Shown in pieces: positions 19,765-29,091 of a stretch of 64,000 nucleotides of DNA. The position numbers and the translations under genes are program-made. This stretch comes from Phycisphaeraceae bacterium (GTDB lineage Bacteria > Planctomycetota > Phycisphaerae > Phycisphaerales > Phycisphaeraceae), in the NCBI GenBank assembly GCA_963674705.1, contig OY771506.1, positions 3,840,001 through 3,904,000 on the forward strand, written 5' to 3'. Under the pieces are notes generated by a model. It had not been told where the DNA came from and made no database searches. It worked only from the letters and a program-made list of their open reading frames with translations. Position 1 is the first letter of the stretch. Every line of letters starts with the position of its first letter.

Positions 19765-20814
19765 TTACGCCATCTGATTTGGTGCTGCGCTGGGGAAGGT
19801 GACTTCCAGCCAGATGGAGCCGGCATAGTTTTTCAGGACGACGTCTTTCATGCCGGGGGGCAGGAACAGGGTTTGGCCGTGCTTGAAGGTGACGTCGGGT
19901 GCGCCATCACAACTGAACGTGCCGCCGCCTTCGAGGACCATCCATAGCACGGGCTGGTCGAAAGTCAGCTTGTGTTCGCCGGCGTTTTCGAGATGGTAGC
20001 GGTCGATGTTGAAGTACTCGCAGGTGACGAGGCGTGTGACTTTGCCGAATTGGCCGTCGTACCAGGTGTTTAGTTCGTATTTGCTGACATCCGGCGGGCC
20101 GAACTCGATGCACTGCATGGCCTGATCGATGTGCAGTTCGCGGCCGGTCCGCCCCCAGTCGTAGACGCGGAAGGTCGTGTCGCTGGGCGTTTGCACCTCG
20201 GCAACCATGACACCGGCGCCGAGTGCATGGCACGTCCCGCTGGGCAGGTAATGGCAATCGCCCGGATTGACGGGCACCGCGATGAGCAGGTCTTCGACCG
20301 TATTGTCTTCGATCGCTTTGCGGAATTGTTCGGGGGTTGTGCCTTGCTTCACGCCTTTGAAGATCACGGCCCCGGGCTTTCGGTCGAGGATGTACCAGGC
20401 TTCACTTTTCAAAAACGCATCATCGTGCGTCGCTGCATAATCCGGGCTGGGGTGGACCTGGACTGAAAGGTGCTGTCCCGCATCGAGGAACTTGAGGAGG
20501 ATGGGGAAGCCGCCGGTGTCGGTGAGTTGCACGTCGCCTGAGACGGCGCGGCCGTAGGCTTTGATGACCTCGGACAATGTCTTGCCGGCCAGCGGGCCGT
20601 TGGCGATGGTGGAACGTTCTTCGCCGCCGCCGCCGCCCGAGACGGAGGTCTGCGCGAGGTCGGCCAGTTCCCAGGATTCACCGATGAGTGTGCCTGAGTT
20701 GCCGGGCAGGTGCCGACCGAATTTTTCCAGCGTTCGGCCGCCCCAGACTTTTTCCTTGTAGATCGGCTCAAATAAAAGCGGGTAGAGCGGCGAATTATTC
20801 CCTGACATTTTCAC
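19765..20814 (-). CDS. manA: Type I phosphomannose isomerase
   Basis: VWGG, GESWE, FPILLKFLDA..LSVQVHP, KSEAWY, GTCHALG, EVQTPSDTTFRVYDW. Confidence 0.9.
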   Translation of the reverse strand: MKMSGNNSPLYPLLFEPIYKEKVWGGRTLEKFGRHLPGNSGTLIGESWELADLAQTSVSGGGGGEERSTIANGPLAGKTLSEVIKAYGRAVSGDVQLTDTGGFPILLKFLDAGQHLSVQVHPSPDYAATHDDAFLKSEAWYILDRKPGAVIFKGVKQGTTPEQFRKAIEDNTVEDLLIAVPVNPGDCHYLPSGTCHALGAGVMVAEVQTPSDTTFRVYDWGRTGRELHIDQAMQCIEFGPPDVSKYELNTWYDGQFGKVTRLVTCEYFNIDRYHLENAGEHKLTFDQPVLWMVLEGGGTFSCDGAPDVTFKHGQTLFLPPGMKDVVLKNYAGSIWLEVTFPSAAPNQMA

Positions 20815-20875
20815 ATCCTGCCTGTCTTAATTTGTACTGGTTCTGAACATCGGGCCTCAAGTATACTCACTTACC

Positions 20876-21781
20876 ATGAAGCGACACATCAATCTCACGG
20901 CTAACGCATTGGCAGTCAGTTTTGTTCTGATTCTTGCGGTTAACACGTTTGGCCAGGATATCAAACCGATCGAGATCGCTTACGGCGAGCATGAGCGGCA
21001 GCGTGTGGATCTGTATCCCTCGCCAAATGCCAGTGCGGAGCAGTTAAGCCCGGTGGTGATTTACTTTCATGGCGGCGGATTCAGGGACGGCGATAAATCC
21101 AAGGTCTCCGAGAACCTGATCAAACGCATGCATGACAAGGGCATCAGCGTTGCGGCTGCGAATTACCGGTTGATCTCGGTTGACGCGTTGCCGGCCGCGA
21201 TGTACGACGGGGCGCGGGTGGTGCAGCAACTTCGGCATGATGCGGCGAAGTATCATCTGGACCCGCAGCGTGTCGCGGTGCTTGGCAGTTCAGCCGGTGC
21301 GGGGATCTCGCTGTGGATCGCGCTGCACGATGACCTGGCCGACGCGGAATCGGAAGACCCTGTCGCGCGGCAGTCCTCGCGTGTGTTATGTGTGTATGCC
21401 AAGAACGCACAGGTGTCGTACGACCCGCGTTTCTGGCGGAAGATCGGGTTAGGTAAGGTGATAGACAGCCGTTCGATGCATGAGCTTTACCGGGAGCCGG
21501 ACGATGCGGAGGTCGGGCCGGAGCTGATCGCGAAGTTTGAGGCGGCATCACCGATCACCTTCCTGTCGGCCGACGATCCGCCGATCCGGCTGGATTACAG
21601 CTACGGGATGGAGCTGGATGAGAAGACCAGCGGGTCCGCCCTGATCCACCATCCTTTGCACGGTAAAGCCCTTCTGGAGGCCTGCGAGGGGGTCGGCGTC
21701 GAATGTATCCTGACCTATCCCGGAGGGCCTCAGCAGCAGGAAACGGGGTACGGCTACCTGATCCGAAAAATCCGCGAATAA
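20876..21781 (+). CDS. Secreted alpha/beta hydrolase (HSL-like esterase)
   Basis: Signal peptide, HGGGF, GSSAG. Confidence 0.85.
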   Translation: MKRHINLTANALAVSFVLILAVNTFGQDIKPIEIAYGEHERQRVDLYPSPNASAEQLSPVVIYFHGGGFRDGDKSKVSENLIKRMHDKGISVAAANYRLISVDALPAAMYDGARVVQQLRHDAAKYHLDPQRVAVLGSSAGAGISLWIALHDDLADAESEDPVARQSSRVLCVYAKNAQVSYDPRFWRKIGLGKVIDSRSMHELYREPDDAEVGPELIAKFEAASPITFLSADDPPIRLDYSYGMELDEKTSGSALIHHPLHGKALLEACEGVGVECILTYPGGPQQQETGYGYLIRKIRE

Positions 21782-21884
21782 CCGGAACCAGGCCGGGATC
21801 CGGGCGTCCAAGACAGGGGAGTTGCCCGTTTTTTGAGGGCTTAAGGCCGGTTTTCCCTTGAACGGCTGAAGCTGATGGGCAACA

Positions 21885-22649
21885 ATGTATCTGGCTCCTG
21901 TAAGGAGGTTCACGATGCGAAAACAGCTTTTTGGTTTCGGTCTGATCGCGGTATTTGCCACGGCAGCGATGGTGCAGTCGGCATCAGCGCAGGATTATCG
22001 TTACACCAGCCGGGCCGAGTTGTATGAAGCGCAGGCCCGGGAGTATGTCGCTGCACGTACGCAGGCCGTCAGTTCGCGGACGCGCTACGTCCAGCCACGT
22101 GTCGATCACATGCGTGTCGTTGCACCGCAGCGTACGCGCACGGTCTACGTCGGCGGTTATGTGAACGTTTCCCAGCCGCAGGTCTATCACAACGCGTCTT
22201 ACCAGGACAGCGAGGCGGTGACGGTTATTCAAGAGGTTTCGCCGAATGACGGCACGTTGCTGCTCGGGGACACGGTGGCGGACAACGATCCGGGCGTTGT
22301 GCAGGACAGCTACATGCAACAGAGCACGCCGTCGCAGGCCAGCGGTTTGCAGCCGTCGCATTACGGCAGCTACAGCAGCTACCCGTCTGCCGGCAGTTAC
22401 ACCCCCGCGAGCAGCTACAGCAGCGAGACCGTTGTTGTGTATCGTTCGTACCCGGCTTACCGGCCACGATATGTGTATTGTCCACCGCCGCCGCGTTATT
22501 ACTATCCCCGTTATCACCATCGACCGTATGGTCATTACGACCGCTGGCGACACTGCGACCCATATCCACGCTATGGTGTCGGCGGTTATTACGGCCGAGG
22601 CGGCCGCTGCGGCTCAAACTGGGGGGTCTCGGTTTACTTCAGGTTTTGA
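21885..22649 (+). CDS. Secreted low-complexity Tyr/Ser/Arg-rich hypothetical protein (start probably ATG 21915)
   Basis: SD aggagg, signal peptide ending ASA-Q, Tyr/Gly/Arg-rich C-terminus. Confidence 0.65.
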   Translation: MYLAPVRRFTMRKQLFGFGLIAVFATAAMVQSASAQDYRYTSRAELYEAQAREYVAARTQAVSSRTRYVQPRVDHMRVVAPQRTRTVYVGGYVNVSQPQVYHNASYQDSEAVTVIQEVSPNDGTLLLGDTVADNDPGVVQDSYMQQSTPSQASGLQPSHYGSYSSYPSAGSYTPASSYSSETVVVYRSYPAYRPRYVYCPPPPRYYYPRYHHRPYGHYDRWRHCDPYPRYGVGGYYGRGGRCGSNWGVSVYFRF

Positions 22650-22659
22650 GTAGGCCCAA

Positions 22660-22791
22660 TAGCCATTAGCCGTTAGCCATTGGCCGTTAGCACAGAGCTG
22701 TGACCACCGTTTGATCGATTGAACATTCCACATCGAACATTGAACATCCGACCCGCCCGGACCTTCGCTGCGCGCGGGACCGGCGTTGGGG
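22660..22791 (+). repeat. Direct repeat copy 1: (TAGCCRT)n heptamer run plus 83-bp core (22709-22791)
   Basis: Core matches 23765-23847 with 5 mismatches. Confidence 0.85.
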
Positions 22792-22954
22792 ATATCGCGC
22801 TGTATGGCCTTTGAACGCGGCGATTATCGGTGCATGCGCTTACTCACATGTCTTTATTGATGCCGTGATTTTTCACTTGCCGATGCTTTGATGAAGATGC
22901 GCCTGATTCGGTTTACCGCGCGTGGCGGCCGATGCGGGTGTGGAGATTATCGGC

Positions 22955-23692
22955 ATGTTTATCGTCAGTGGTTCGCTTCCCAAGTCCGGTGCAACATGGA
23001 TGTACAACATGGCCAACGCGGCGCTGGTCGCGGCGGGTCATGACGACATGTACCAGTTGCGCAAACGGTTCGGCCTGTCGCGGATCGTCTCGGAACGGGC
23101 GGGCGAGATCAGCTACCCCGGGCCGAGTGTGATGGCGAAGTTACTTGTTCCGCACACGCTGGGGCACACGGTCTGGGTCCGCACACACCTGCCACCCTCG
23201 CGGACGATGCGCACCTTGTTGCGGGCGGGCATCGTCAAGGCAAGCTATCTGTATCGCGATCCACGGGACGTCGCGCTGTCGGCGTTCGACCACGGCCAAC
23301 GGTCTCGCTCACGCGGCACGACGCATCACCTCGGCCAACTACTGACAATCGAAGATGCGATCCGTTACACCCAGGATGAACTGCTGCCGCAATGGGAGCA
23401 GTGGACATCGTGCCCCAATGTGGTGCATCTGCGGTACGAACAGCTTATCGCCGATCCCGCTCAGACCCTCGCGGATCTGTTCGAAGGTTTTAACCTATCC
23501 GTGCCGGGAGATGTGATCGAGCAGACGGTCAAGCAGTTTGATAAATCATCGTTGGACTTCAAGCAGCGAGACAACCTGCTGATCAACAAGGCTTGTGCCG
23601 GCCGATTCAACGAGGAGATGAACGCCTCGCAACTGGGGCTGGCGCGCGACTGTTTCGGGCCCTATCTACAACGCATGGGGTATGCGGCGTGA
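22955..23692 (+). CDS. Sulfotransferase domain protein
   Basis: 5'-PSB SLPKSGATW, 3'-PB YRDPRDVALS, LRYEQL; SD ggag before ATG 22955. Confidence 0.85.
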   Translation: MFIVSGSLPKSGATWMYNMANAALVAAGHDDMYQLRKRFGLSRIVSERAGEISYPGPSVMAKLLVPHTLGHTVWVRTHLPPSRTMRTLLRAGIVKASYLYRDPRDVALSAFDHGQRSRSRGTTHHLGQLLTIEDAIRYTQDELLPQWEQWTSCPNVVHLRYEQLIADPAQTLADLFEGFNLSVPGDVIEQTVKQFDKSSLDFKQRDNLLINKACAGRFNEEMNASQLGLARDCFGPYLQRMGYAA

Positions 23693-23700
23693 GAGAGCGG

Positions 23701-23847
23701 TTAGCCATTAGCTATTAGCCGTTAGCCATTAGCACGGAAATGCGGCTGTGCTCGGCGCGGGCTGGTTTGATCGATTGGACATTCCACATCGAACATTGAA
23801 CATCCAACCCACCCGGACCTTCGCTGCGCTCAGGACCGGCGTTGGGG
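23701..23847 (+). repeat. Direct repeat copy 2: heptamer run plus 83-bp core (23765-23847)
   Basis: Matches copy 1 at 22660-22791. Confidence 0.85.
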
Positions 23848-23854
23848 GGAGAAA

Positions 23855-23949
23855 AAACAGAAAAGCAGAAAATACGAAAAACCATTAGCGATTAGCGATT
23901 AAACATTAGAAATACAATCCCCACACCCCACACCCCACACCCCACACCC
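23855..23949. repeat. Stack of short heptamer runs (CAGAAAA, ATTAGCG, CCCCACA x4)
   Basis: Visible tandem 7-mers upstream of ispG. Confidence 0.7.
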
Positions 23950-23977
23950 TTCGCCCACTCGTAGCTATAATGCCTCG

Positions 23978-25240
23978 ATGAATCCACGGCGGCCTACACG
24001 ACAGATTACGCTCGGCGATAAAGACCACGGTTTTGTGCGGATCGGCGGCGATGCGCCGGTTTCCGTGCAAACGATGACGGCCGGGTACACGCATGACATC
24101 GACGCCTGCGTCGCTGAGATCAATCGCCTCGCGGCGGTGGGGGCGGATATCGTGCGGGTCGCGGTGCCGGAGCGGAAAGACACAGAGGCCCTGCAGCACA
24201 TTTTGCCACAGGTGCGTGTGCCGATCGTCGCGGATGTGCATTTTCACTTCCAGCGGGCGCTCGAGGCTGTGGAGGCGGGGGTTCACAAGATCCGCCTGAA
24301 TCCCGGCAATATCTCCGACCGCGCGCAGGTCGAGAAGGTCATCGACGCCTGCAAGGAGCGTAAGTTACCGATTCGTGTAGGGGTGAATGAAGGGTCGATC
24401 ATCGAGCGCAAGGACAAGCAGAAGAGGATGAAGGAGCTGGGCGAGGTCTTTGCCGACGATCGGCACGGGCGATTCCTGGCCATCATGATCGCCAAGCTCG
24501 AAGAGTACCTGGATATCTTCTACGAGCGCGACTTCTACGACATCGCCATCAGCGCCAAGAGTCCGGACCCGACGCTGTGTATCTCGGCGTATACCGAAAT
24601 CAGCAAGCGGTTCGATCATCCGCTTCATCTCGGGGTGACGCATGCCGGGCCGCGCGAGACGGGGGCGATCCGCTCGATCGCGCCTTTGAGTCACCTATTA
24701 GCAAGCGGTGTCGGCGACACGATCCGCATCAGCTATGCGAGCGATCCGGTGTATGAAGTCGAGGATGCGCTGGAGCTTTTGTATTGCCTGGAGCTTCGCG
24801 AGCGAAAGGGCGTGGACCTGATCGCCTGCCCGACGTGCGGGCGGATTCAGGTGGATCTGTTCACGCTCGTGCAGGAAGTGCGCAGCGCGTTAGCAGAGCA
24901 CATCGAGCTACCGATCAAGGTGGCGGTGATGGGTTGTATTGTTAATGGGCCCGGCGAAGCCGAGGGCGCGGACGTTGCGATATTTGCCGGCGATCGACGT
25001 GGGATCATCTACGTGCAGGGTGAAAAGGTTGCGAACGTGCCGGAGGAAGAGATCTTGACCGCGCTGCTTGAAGAATGCCGAAAGTTCCAGGAACGGGTCA
25101 AGAAAGGCGAAGCCAAACTCGGCGAAAAGGTCGTCGACATCATCCCCCCCGACCCGATCGGCGAACTGGGCAGCGGCGTCGACAAGATCGCGTCCGGGGA
25201 TGTCGAAAAAGTGACAAAGCTGACGATTTCGGGGCAGTAA
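23978..25240 (+). CDS. ispG: (E)-4-hydroxy-3-methylbut-2-enyl-diphosphate synthase
   Basis: VSVQTMT, VADVHF, RLNPGN, RVGVN.GS, CPTCGR, AVMGCIVNGPGEA. Confidence 0.95.
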   Translation: MNPRRPTRQITLGDKDHGFVRIGGDAPVSVQTMTAGYTHDIDACVAEINRLAAVGADIVRVAVPERKDTEALQHILPQVRVPIVADVHFHFQRALEAVEAGVHKIRLNPGNISDRAQVEKVIDACKERKLPIRVGVNEGSIIERKDKQKRMKELGEVFADDRHGRFLAIMIAKLEEYLDIFYERDFYDIAISAKSPDPTLCISAYTEISKRFDHPLHLGVTHAGPRETGAIRSIAPLSHLLASGVGDTIRISYASDPVYEVEDALELLYCLELRERKGVDLIACPTCGRIQVDLFTLVQEVRSALAEHIELPIKVAVMGCIVNGPGEAEGADVAIFAGDRRGIIYVQGEKVANVPEEEILTALLEECRKFQERVKKGEAKLGEKVVDIIPPDPIGELGSGVDKIASGDVEKVTKLTISGQ

Positions 25241-25247
25241 TATATGC

Positions 25248-25937
25248 ATGTTTAGATCGGAGGATCCATTGCCTGAAGATATTGAAGTAGAAGCGGGTGA
25301 TCAGAATAGCACTGACACCGTTACCGAGGATATCTTATGCCTGAATTGTGACTATAACCTACGCGGCTTGTCACAATCGGGGCAATGTCCTCAATGCGGT
25401 TTTAACGTCAGGAAGTCTGTTGCCGCTCATCCGGCAATGTCAAAAAGAGAGTTGGCTGTACTAGCCTTTCGTGTTACAGCGATTTGGTACTTCCTAAGGG
25501 CCATGTACCGGCTTGCGGAAGTAGCTCACATCTCATCAAGCCATATCTTCCAAGATATTTTCGTGATCCTCTTATTTACATCTATCGCCGCGGGTATACC
25601 GGTATTGATCTGGTGGATCGCTTCATGGCTTTCTAAACGTGCTATCCGTAACGATGGCCGTATCTCACTTAGCGGCCCGATGGCTCCCAAACATGCGATG
25701 ATCATCGCGTGCAGCGTGATTGGCCTTGTCTACACGATTTTTGGGGCACAAGAATTAATTTGGCTGGTAATATCTTTTGCTCGCACGCCGGATGTCGGAT
25801 TGCTGGTTGATTATGGAATTACCTCCGGCTTCAAACTACTGGTCGGCGTAGTCATGATTGCCGGGGCGGTTAGGATATCCGAATTCATAATCTGGCTTCG
25901 TTTCGCAGGGACGAAACGAGGCAACCAGACCGGGTAA
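25248..25937 (+). CDS. Membrane protein with N-terminal zinc ribbon
   Basis: CLNCDYNLRGL...CPQCG followed by about 4 TM helices; visibly more AT-rich than flanks. Confidence 0.7.
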   Translation: MFRSEDPLPEDIEVEAGDQNSTDTVTEDILCLNCDYNLRGLSQSGQCPQCGFNVRKSVAAHPAMSKRELAVLAFRVTAIWYFLRAMYRLAEVAHISSSHIFQDIFVILLFTSIAAGIPVLIWWIASWLSKRAIRNDGRISLSGPMAPKHAMIIACSVIGLVYTIFGAQELIWLVISFARTPDVGLLVDYGITSGFKLLVGVVMIAGAVRISEFIIWLRFAGTKRGNQTG

Positions 25938-25942
25938 GAAAA

Positions 25943-25961
25943 CCCGACCAGGATGGTCGGG
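25943..25961. terminator. Hairpin between convergent genes
   Basis: cccgacca-gga-tggtcggg preceded by aaaa. Confidence 0.55.
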
Positions 25962-25991
25962 CTATATGTGGTTTGGTTTTCTGCGTTTGAA

Positions 25992-26357
25992 TCAGGCAGG
26001 CCCGATACTCACCTTAAGTTTTCGGCTGGCGAACTGGTCTTTGTAGAGTTCGGCGCGTTCGCGGTGGGTGATCATCAGCAGGGCGCGGCCGCGGTTGCTG
26101 GCTTCGAGCGTGCGCCGAACGGCGGCCTGTTCACTCAAAGGTGTCAGCATGCGGATGGTCTTGACGACGTCTTCCATGGTGTTGACGTTGTCGTTGATAA
26201 GCACGACTTTCCACGGCGGGAGTTTGCCGGGCTTCAGTCGAGAGGGTCGGCGGGTTGGGGTGGGTATAGAGGTTGATGTAGGGGAGTTGGTAGCCTCATC
26301 CATGGGCACTTCTGAATCCTGTACTTCGTGGTGCAAATCTTCGGGACGGTCCGCCAT
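25992..26357 (-). CDS. clpS: ATP-dependent Clp protease adaptor
   Basis: PPWKVVLINDNVNTMEDVV...GRAL...RERAELY. Confidence 0.85.
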   Translation of the reverse strand: MADRPEDLHHEVQDSEVPMDEATNSPTSTSIPTPTRRPSRLKPGKLPPWKVVLINDNVNTMEDVVKTIRMLTPLSEQAAVRRTLEASNRGRALLMITHRERAELYKDQFASRKLKVSIGPA

Positions 26358-26613
26358 GGCTTTCTCCTTTTCCGTCGAACTGCCCCTGACCGAAAAGCGA
26401 TGCCTGGCCCAGAACTGGGTCGGACGTCACACGCATCCATGCTGTTGGTTATACGGGCACAAGCCAGACCCCGTTGTCTCCATGTACGTGCATTATATCA
26501 CAAAGCAAGAAACACCGCGTCCGGATAAAAACGCGCGGTGTTTGATGCCGCGTTTAAAAGATGTTAGAGTTCAAAATTGTTTCAATCTGGGAAATATATG
26601 CAAGGGAGGCAAG

Positions 26614-28725
26614 ATGAAGTGTTCTGGGATCATCGGTTTTCTGCTTCTTGTATGCGTCACGTGTCTGGCTCAAGCCTCTGAGCCGATCTCACTCAACAGC
26701 CTGCTTGAAGAGATGGTGGACCGCGACTCGATCGCTCGCTGGCCTGAGCCTGCGTATACGTGCAAGCAGTTCAGCAGTTACGATCGGCAGACGGTGTCGC
26801 CGGATCAGCCGGGCTGGTTCGCCAACTGGGACCGCAGCCAGTTCGTGCGGATCGAGGAGGTGGATGGGCGCAAAGAATACGTGATGATGGATGCCGAGGG
26901 GCCCGGCGCGGTGGTGCGTATCTGGGCGACGTGGCACGGGCCGAGGGGGCAGCCATTTTCCAACGGTACGATCCGCTTCTACCTGGACGGCAGCGATACA
27001 CCAGCGATCGAGGGGCCGATCACGGAGGTGATCGACTGCGGCGGACTGGTCGGGCCGCCGCTATGTGAAGGCGTTGCTGCGGAAACACCGTACGGCCAAC
27101 GTGGACACAACCTCTACCTGCCGATCCCCTACGCCAAACACTGCAAGATCACCTATTCGACGGATGTGCCTGTGGATGTCGGCGGGAGGACGGGCGAGGC
27201 GCTGTACTACCAGATCAACTACCGCACGTATGAACAGGGGACGGAGGTAAAGTCGTTTTCGATGGCGCAGTTGGCGGCGCATAAAGAAGCGATCGATCAA
27301 TTGCAGTTCATGTTGAAGACGCCTGAGTATCGAGAGCAGGTACCCGAGATCGAAGTAAAGGCGGGGCACCGTGAGATACGGGGAGGCGTCCAGCAATCTT
27401 TGTCCTTTACGGGGCCCGCGGCGATCCATCAGATCAAGTTTCATCTGACAGCAAAGAACATGGAGCAGGCGCTGCGCTCAACGCTTGTCGAGATATCGTT
27501 TGATGGTGAACCTGCTGTCGTATGCCCGATAGGCGACTTTTTCGGGATCGGTTACCAGATGAGGGAAGTGAAGACTTGGTATACGAAAGTCGATGCGGGC
27601 GGGACGATGACAAGCCTGTGGGTGATGCCGTTCAAAGAACGGTGTGATATCAGTTTCACGAGCTTGATGGGTGAGCGCCGTAGTCCAGAAGAAGTTGCGG
27701 TCTGGTACGAGATACGCACCAAGCCTTGGGACTGGGATGATAACTCGATGCACTTCCACGCAGCGTGGCGGCTGTATCCGGAGGTGGATACGGGCGAACA
27801 GAACAACCTGCAGGAGCAGCCCGGGGCACGGGATATGAACTTCGTCGAAGTAACGGGTGAGGGTGTGTATGTCGGGGATTCGCTGGTGATTTTCAACGGC
27901 ACGGACAGTTGGTGGGGCGAGGGGGATGAGAAGATTTATGTGGATGGCGAAACGTTTCCCTCGCATATCGGGACGGGAACGGAGGATTACTACGGCTATG
28001 CGTGGTGTCGATCGGAAGCGTTCAGCTCGCCGTTCCATGCTCAGCCGGAGGGTGGGGGGAACATGCAGCCGGGGTATTCCGTGAACAGCCGGTATCGGGC
28101 GCTCGACGCGATCCCGTTTACCAAGTCGATCAAGTTCGACATGGAGCTGTGGCATTGGGGCGTGACGAAGGTGGATTATTCGCCGACCACGATCTGGTAT
28201 GCAAAGCCAGGTGCGACTTCCAATATCAAGCCGGAAATCGAAAACGCTGGAAGAGAGGTCACGCTGCGTCGTGAGCAGATTGTCAAACCCTTGAAGGTGC
28301 CCGGCGCGATTGAAGGCGAGTCGATGCAGGTTGTGCAAGCCACCGCAGGTCGGGCAAACACGCAGAGCGGGATGCACTTCAACTGGAGCGGGGACGGGCA
28401 GCTTTGGTGGATGGATGCAAATGTCGGCGACAAGCTGGAAGTGACATTCGATGTCGAACAAGCGGGTCGATACGACGTATTGGCAAGGCTGACCACCGCC
28501 AATGATTACGGCATCGTCAGGATCAGCATCAACGGCAAAACCATCGACCCGATCGACCTGTACGCAACACGTGTCACGAATACAACCCACGAGCTAGGCA
28601 CGTTCGATCTGAAGCAGGGGCCCAACACGATGGTCGTCGAGATCATCGGCATGAACAGCGAATCAACCAACCCCCGCCACGGATTCGGACTGGATTACCT
28701 GCTGCTGACGCAGAAGACGCGGTGA
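26614..28725 (+). CDS. Secreted glycoside hydrolase family 172 (DUF2961) protein with C-terminal CBM-like domain
   Basis: Start moved to ATG 26614 (SD ggagg, signal peptide); QFSSYDR, GPGAVVRIW, WWGEGDEKIYVDGE..PS.GTGTEDYYG. Confidence 0.88.
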   Translation: MKCSGIIGFLLLVCVTCLAQASEPISLNSLLEEMVDRDSIARWPEPAYTCKQFSSYDRQTVSPDQPGWFANWDRSQFVRIEEVDGRKEYVMMDAEGPGAVVRIWATWHGPRGQPFSNGTIRFYLDGSDTPAIEGPITEVIDCGGLVGPPLCEGVAAETPYGQRGHNLYLPIPYAKHCKITYSTDVPVDVGGRTGEALYYQINYRTYEQGTEVKSFSMAQLAAHKEAIDQLQFMLKTPEYREQVPEIEVKAGHREIRGGVQQSLSFTGPAAIHQIKFHLTAKNMEQALRSTLVEISFDGEPAVVCPIGDFFGIGYQMREVKTWYTKVDAGGTMTSLWVMPFKERCDISFTSLMGERRSPEEVAVWYEIRTKPWDWDDNSMHFHAAWRLYPEVDTGEQNNLQEQPGARDMNFVEVTGEGVYVGDSLVIFNGTDSWWGEGDEKIYVDGETFPSHIGTGTEDYYGYAWCRSEAFSSPFHAQPEGGGNMQPGYSVNSRYRALDAIPFTKSIKFDMELWHWGVTKVDYSPTTIWYAKPGATSNIKPEIENAGREVTLRREQIVKPLKVPGAIEGESMQVVQATAGRANTQSGMHFNWSGDGQLWWMDANVGDKLEVTFDVEQAGRYDVLARLTTANDYGIVRISINGKTIDPIDLYATRVTNTTHELGTFDLKQGPNTMVVEIIGMNSESTNPRHGFGLDYLLLTQKTR

Positions 28726-28797
28726 GGGGTAAAGATAAACACAAGATCACTACCCCGGCCTAACCGGGGGATGCAATCTGGATAATGAGGGGGAAAA

Positions 28798-28870
28798 TGG
28801 AGCTAGCCGGGCTCGAACCGGCGACCTACGCGTTGCAAACGCGTCGCTCTCCCAACTGAGCTATAGCCCC
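28798..28870 (-). tRNA. tRNA-Ala(TGC), CCA not encoded
   Basis: GGGGCTATAGCTCAGTTGGGAGAGCGACGCGT-TTGCAA-CGCGTAGGTCGCCGGTTCGAGCCCGGCTAGCTCCA; G3:U70 Ala determinant; full cloverleaf. Confidence 0.96.
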
Positions 28871-29091
28871 TTGAGCTAACAATGTCGGCTATCCAAGGCT
28901 GGGGACTTCAACCCGTGGCCGGATAACCTGATTACGCAGCGAATCATATCGGCTAGAGGATACCCCGGCAAGGCTGTGGCCGAGGAATCGTGATTTGATG
29001 CATGTCTGATGCAATACCGGAATTACACCCGTGGCAATCCTGATATCGTATGCGGGATGGTTTTCAAAATTCAGCATCTGAAGGGTGTTCT

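Noticed and set aside
21885..22649. Tyr/Cys-rich protein as a RiPP precursor
   Set aside because: It has a Sec-type signal peptide, is long and low-complexity, and has no recognisable RiPP maturase adjacent; the neighbouring sulfotransferase is separated by repeats.
22660..23949. Repeats as a CRISPR array or integron attC sites
   Set aside because: Only two long repeats about 1 kb apart, no regular spacers, no cas or intI gene, and no clear RYYYAAC/GTTRRRY ends.
26068..26613. N-terminal 182 codons of the 885-aa ORF
   Set aside because: They overlap clpS on the opposite strand; the SD and signal peptide point to ATG 26614.
27478..28590. Long antisense ORFs (370 aa here; also 46231-47091, 39913-40728, 59421-60194, 60889-61668)
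   Set aside because: Shadow frames of well-supported genes in GC-rich DNA, with no motifs.
28726..28870. tRNA-Ala as the integration site of an island
   Set aside because: No integrase and no duplicated tRNA 3' end seen in the window.
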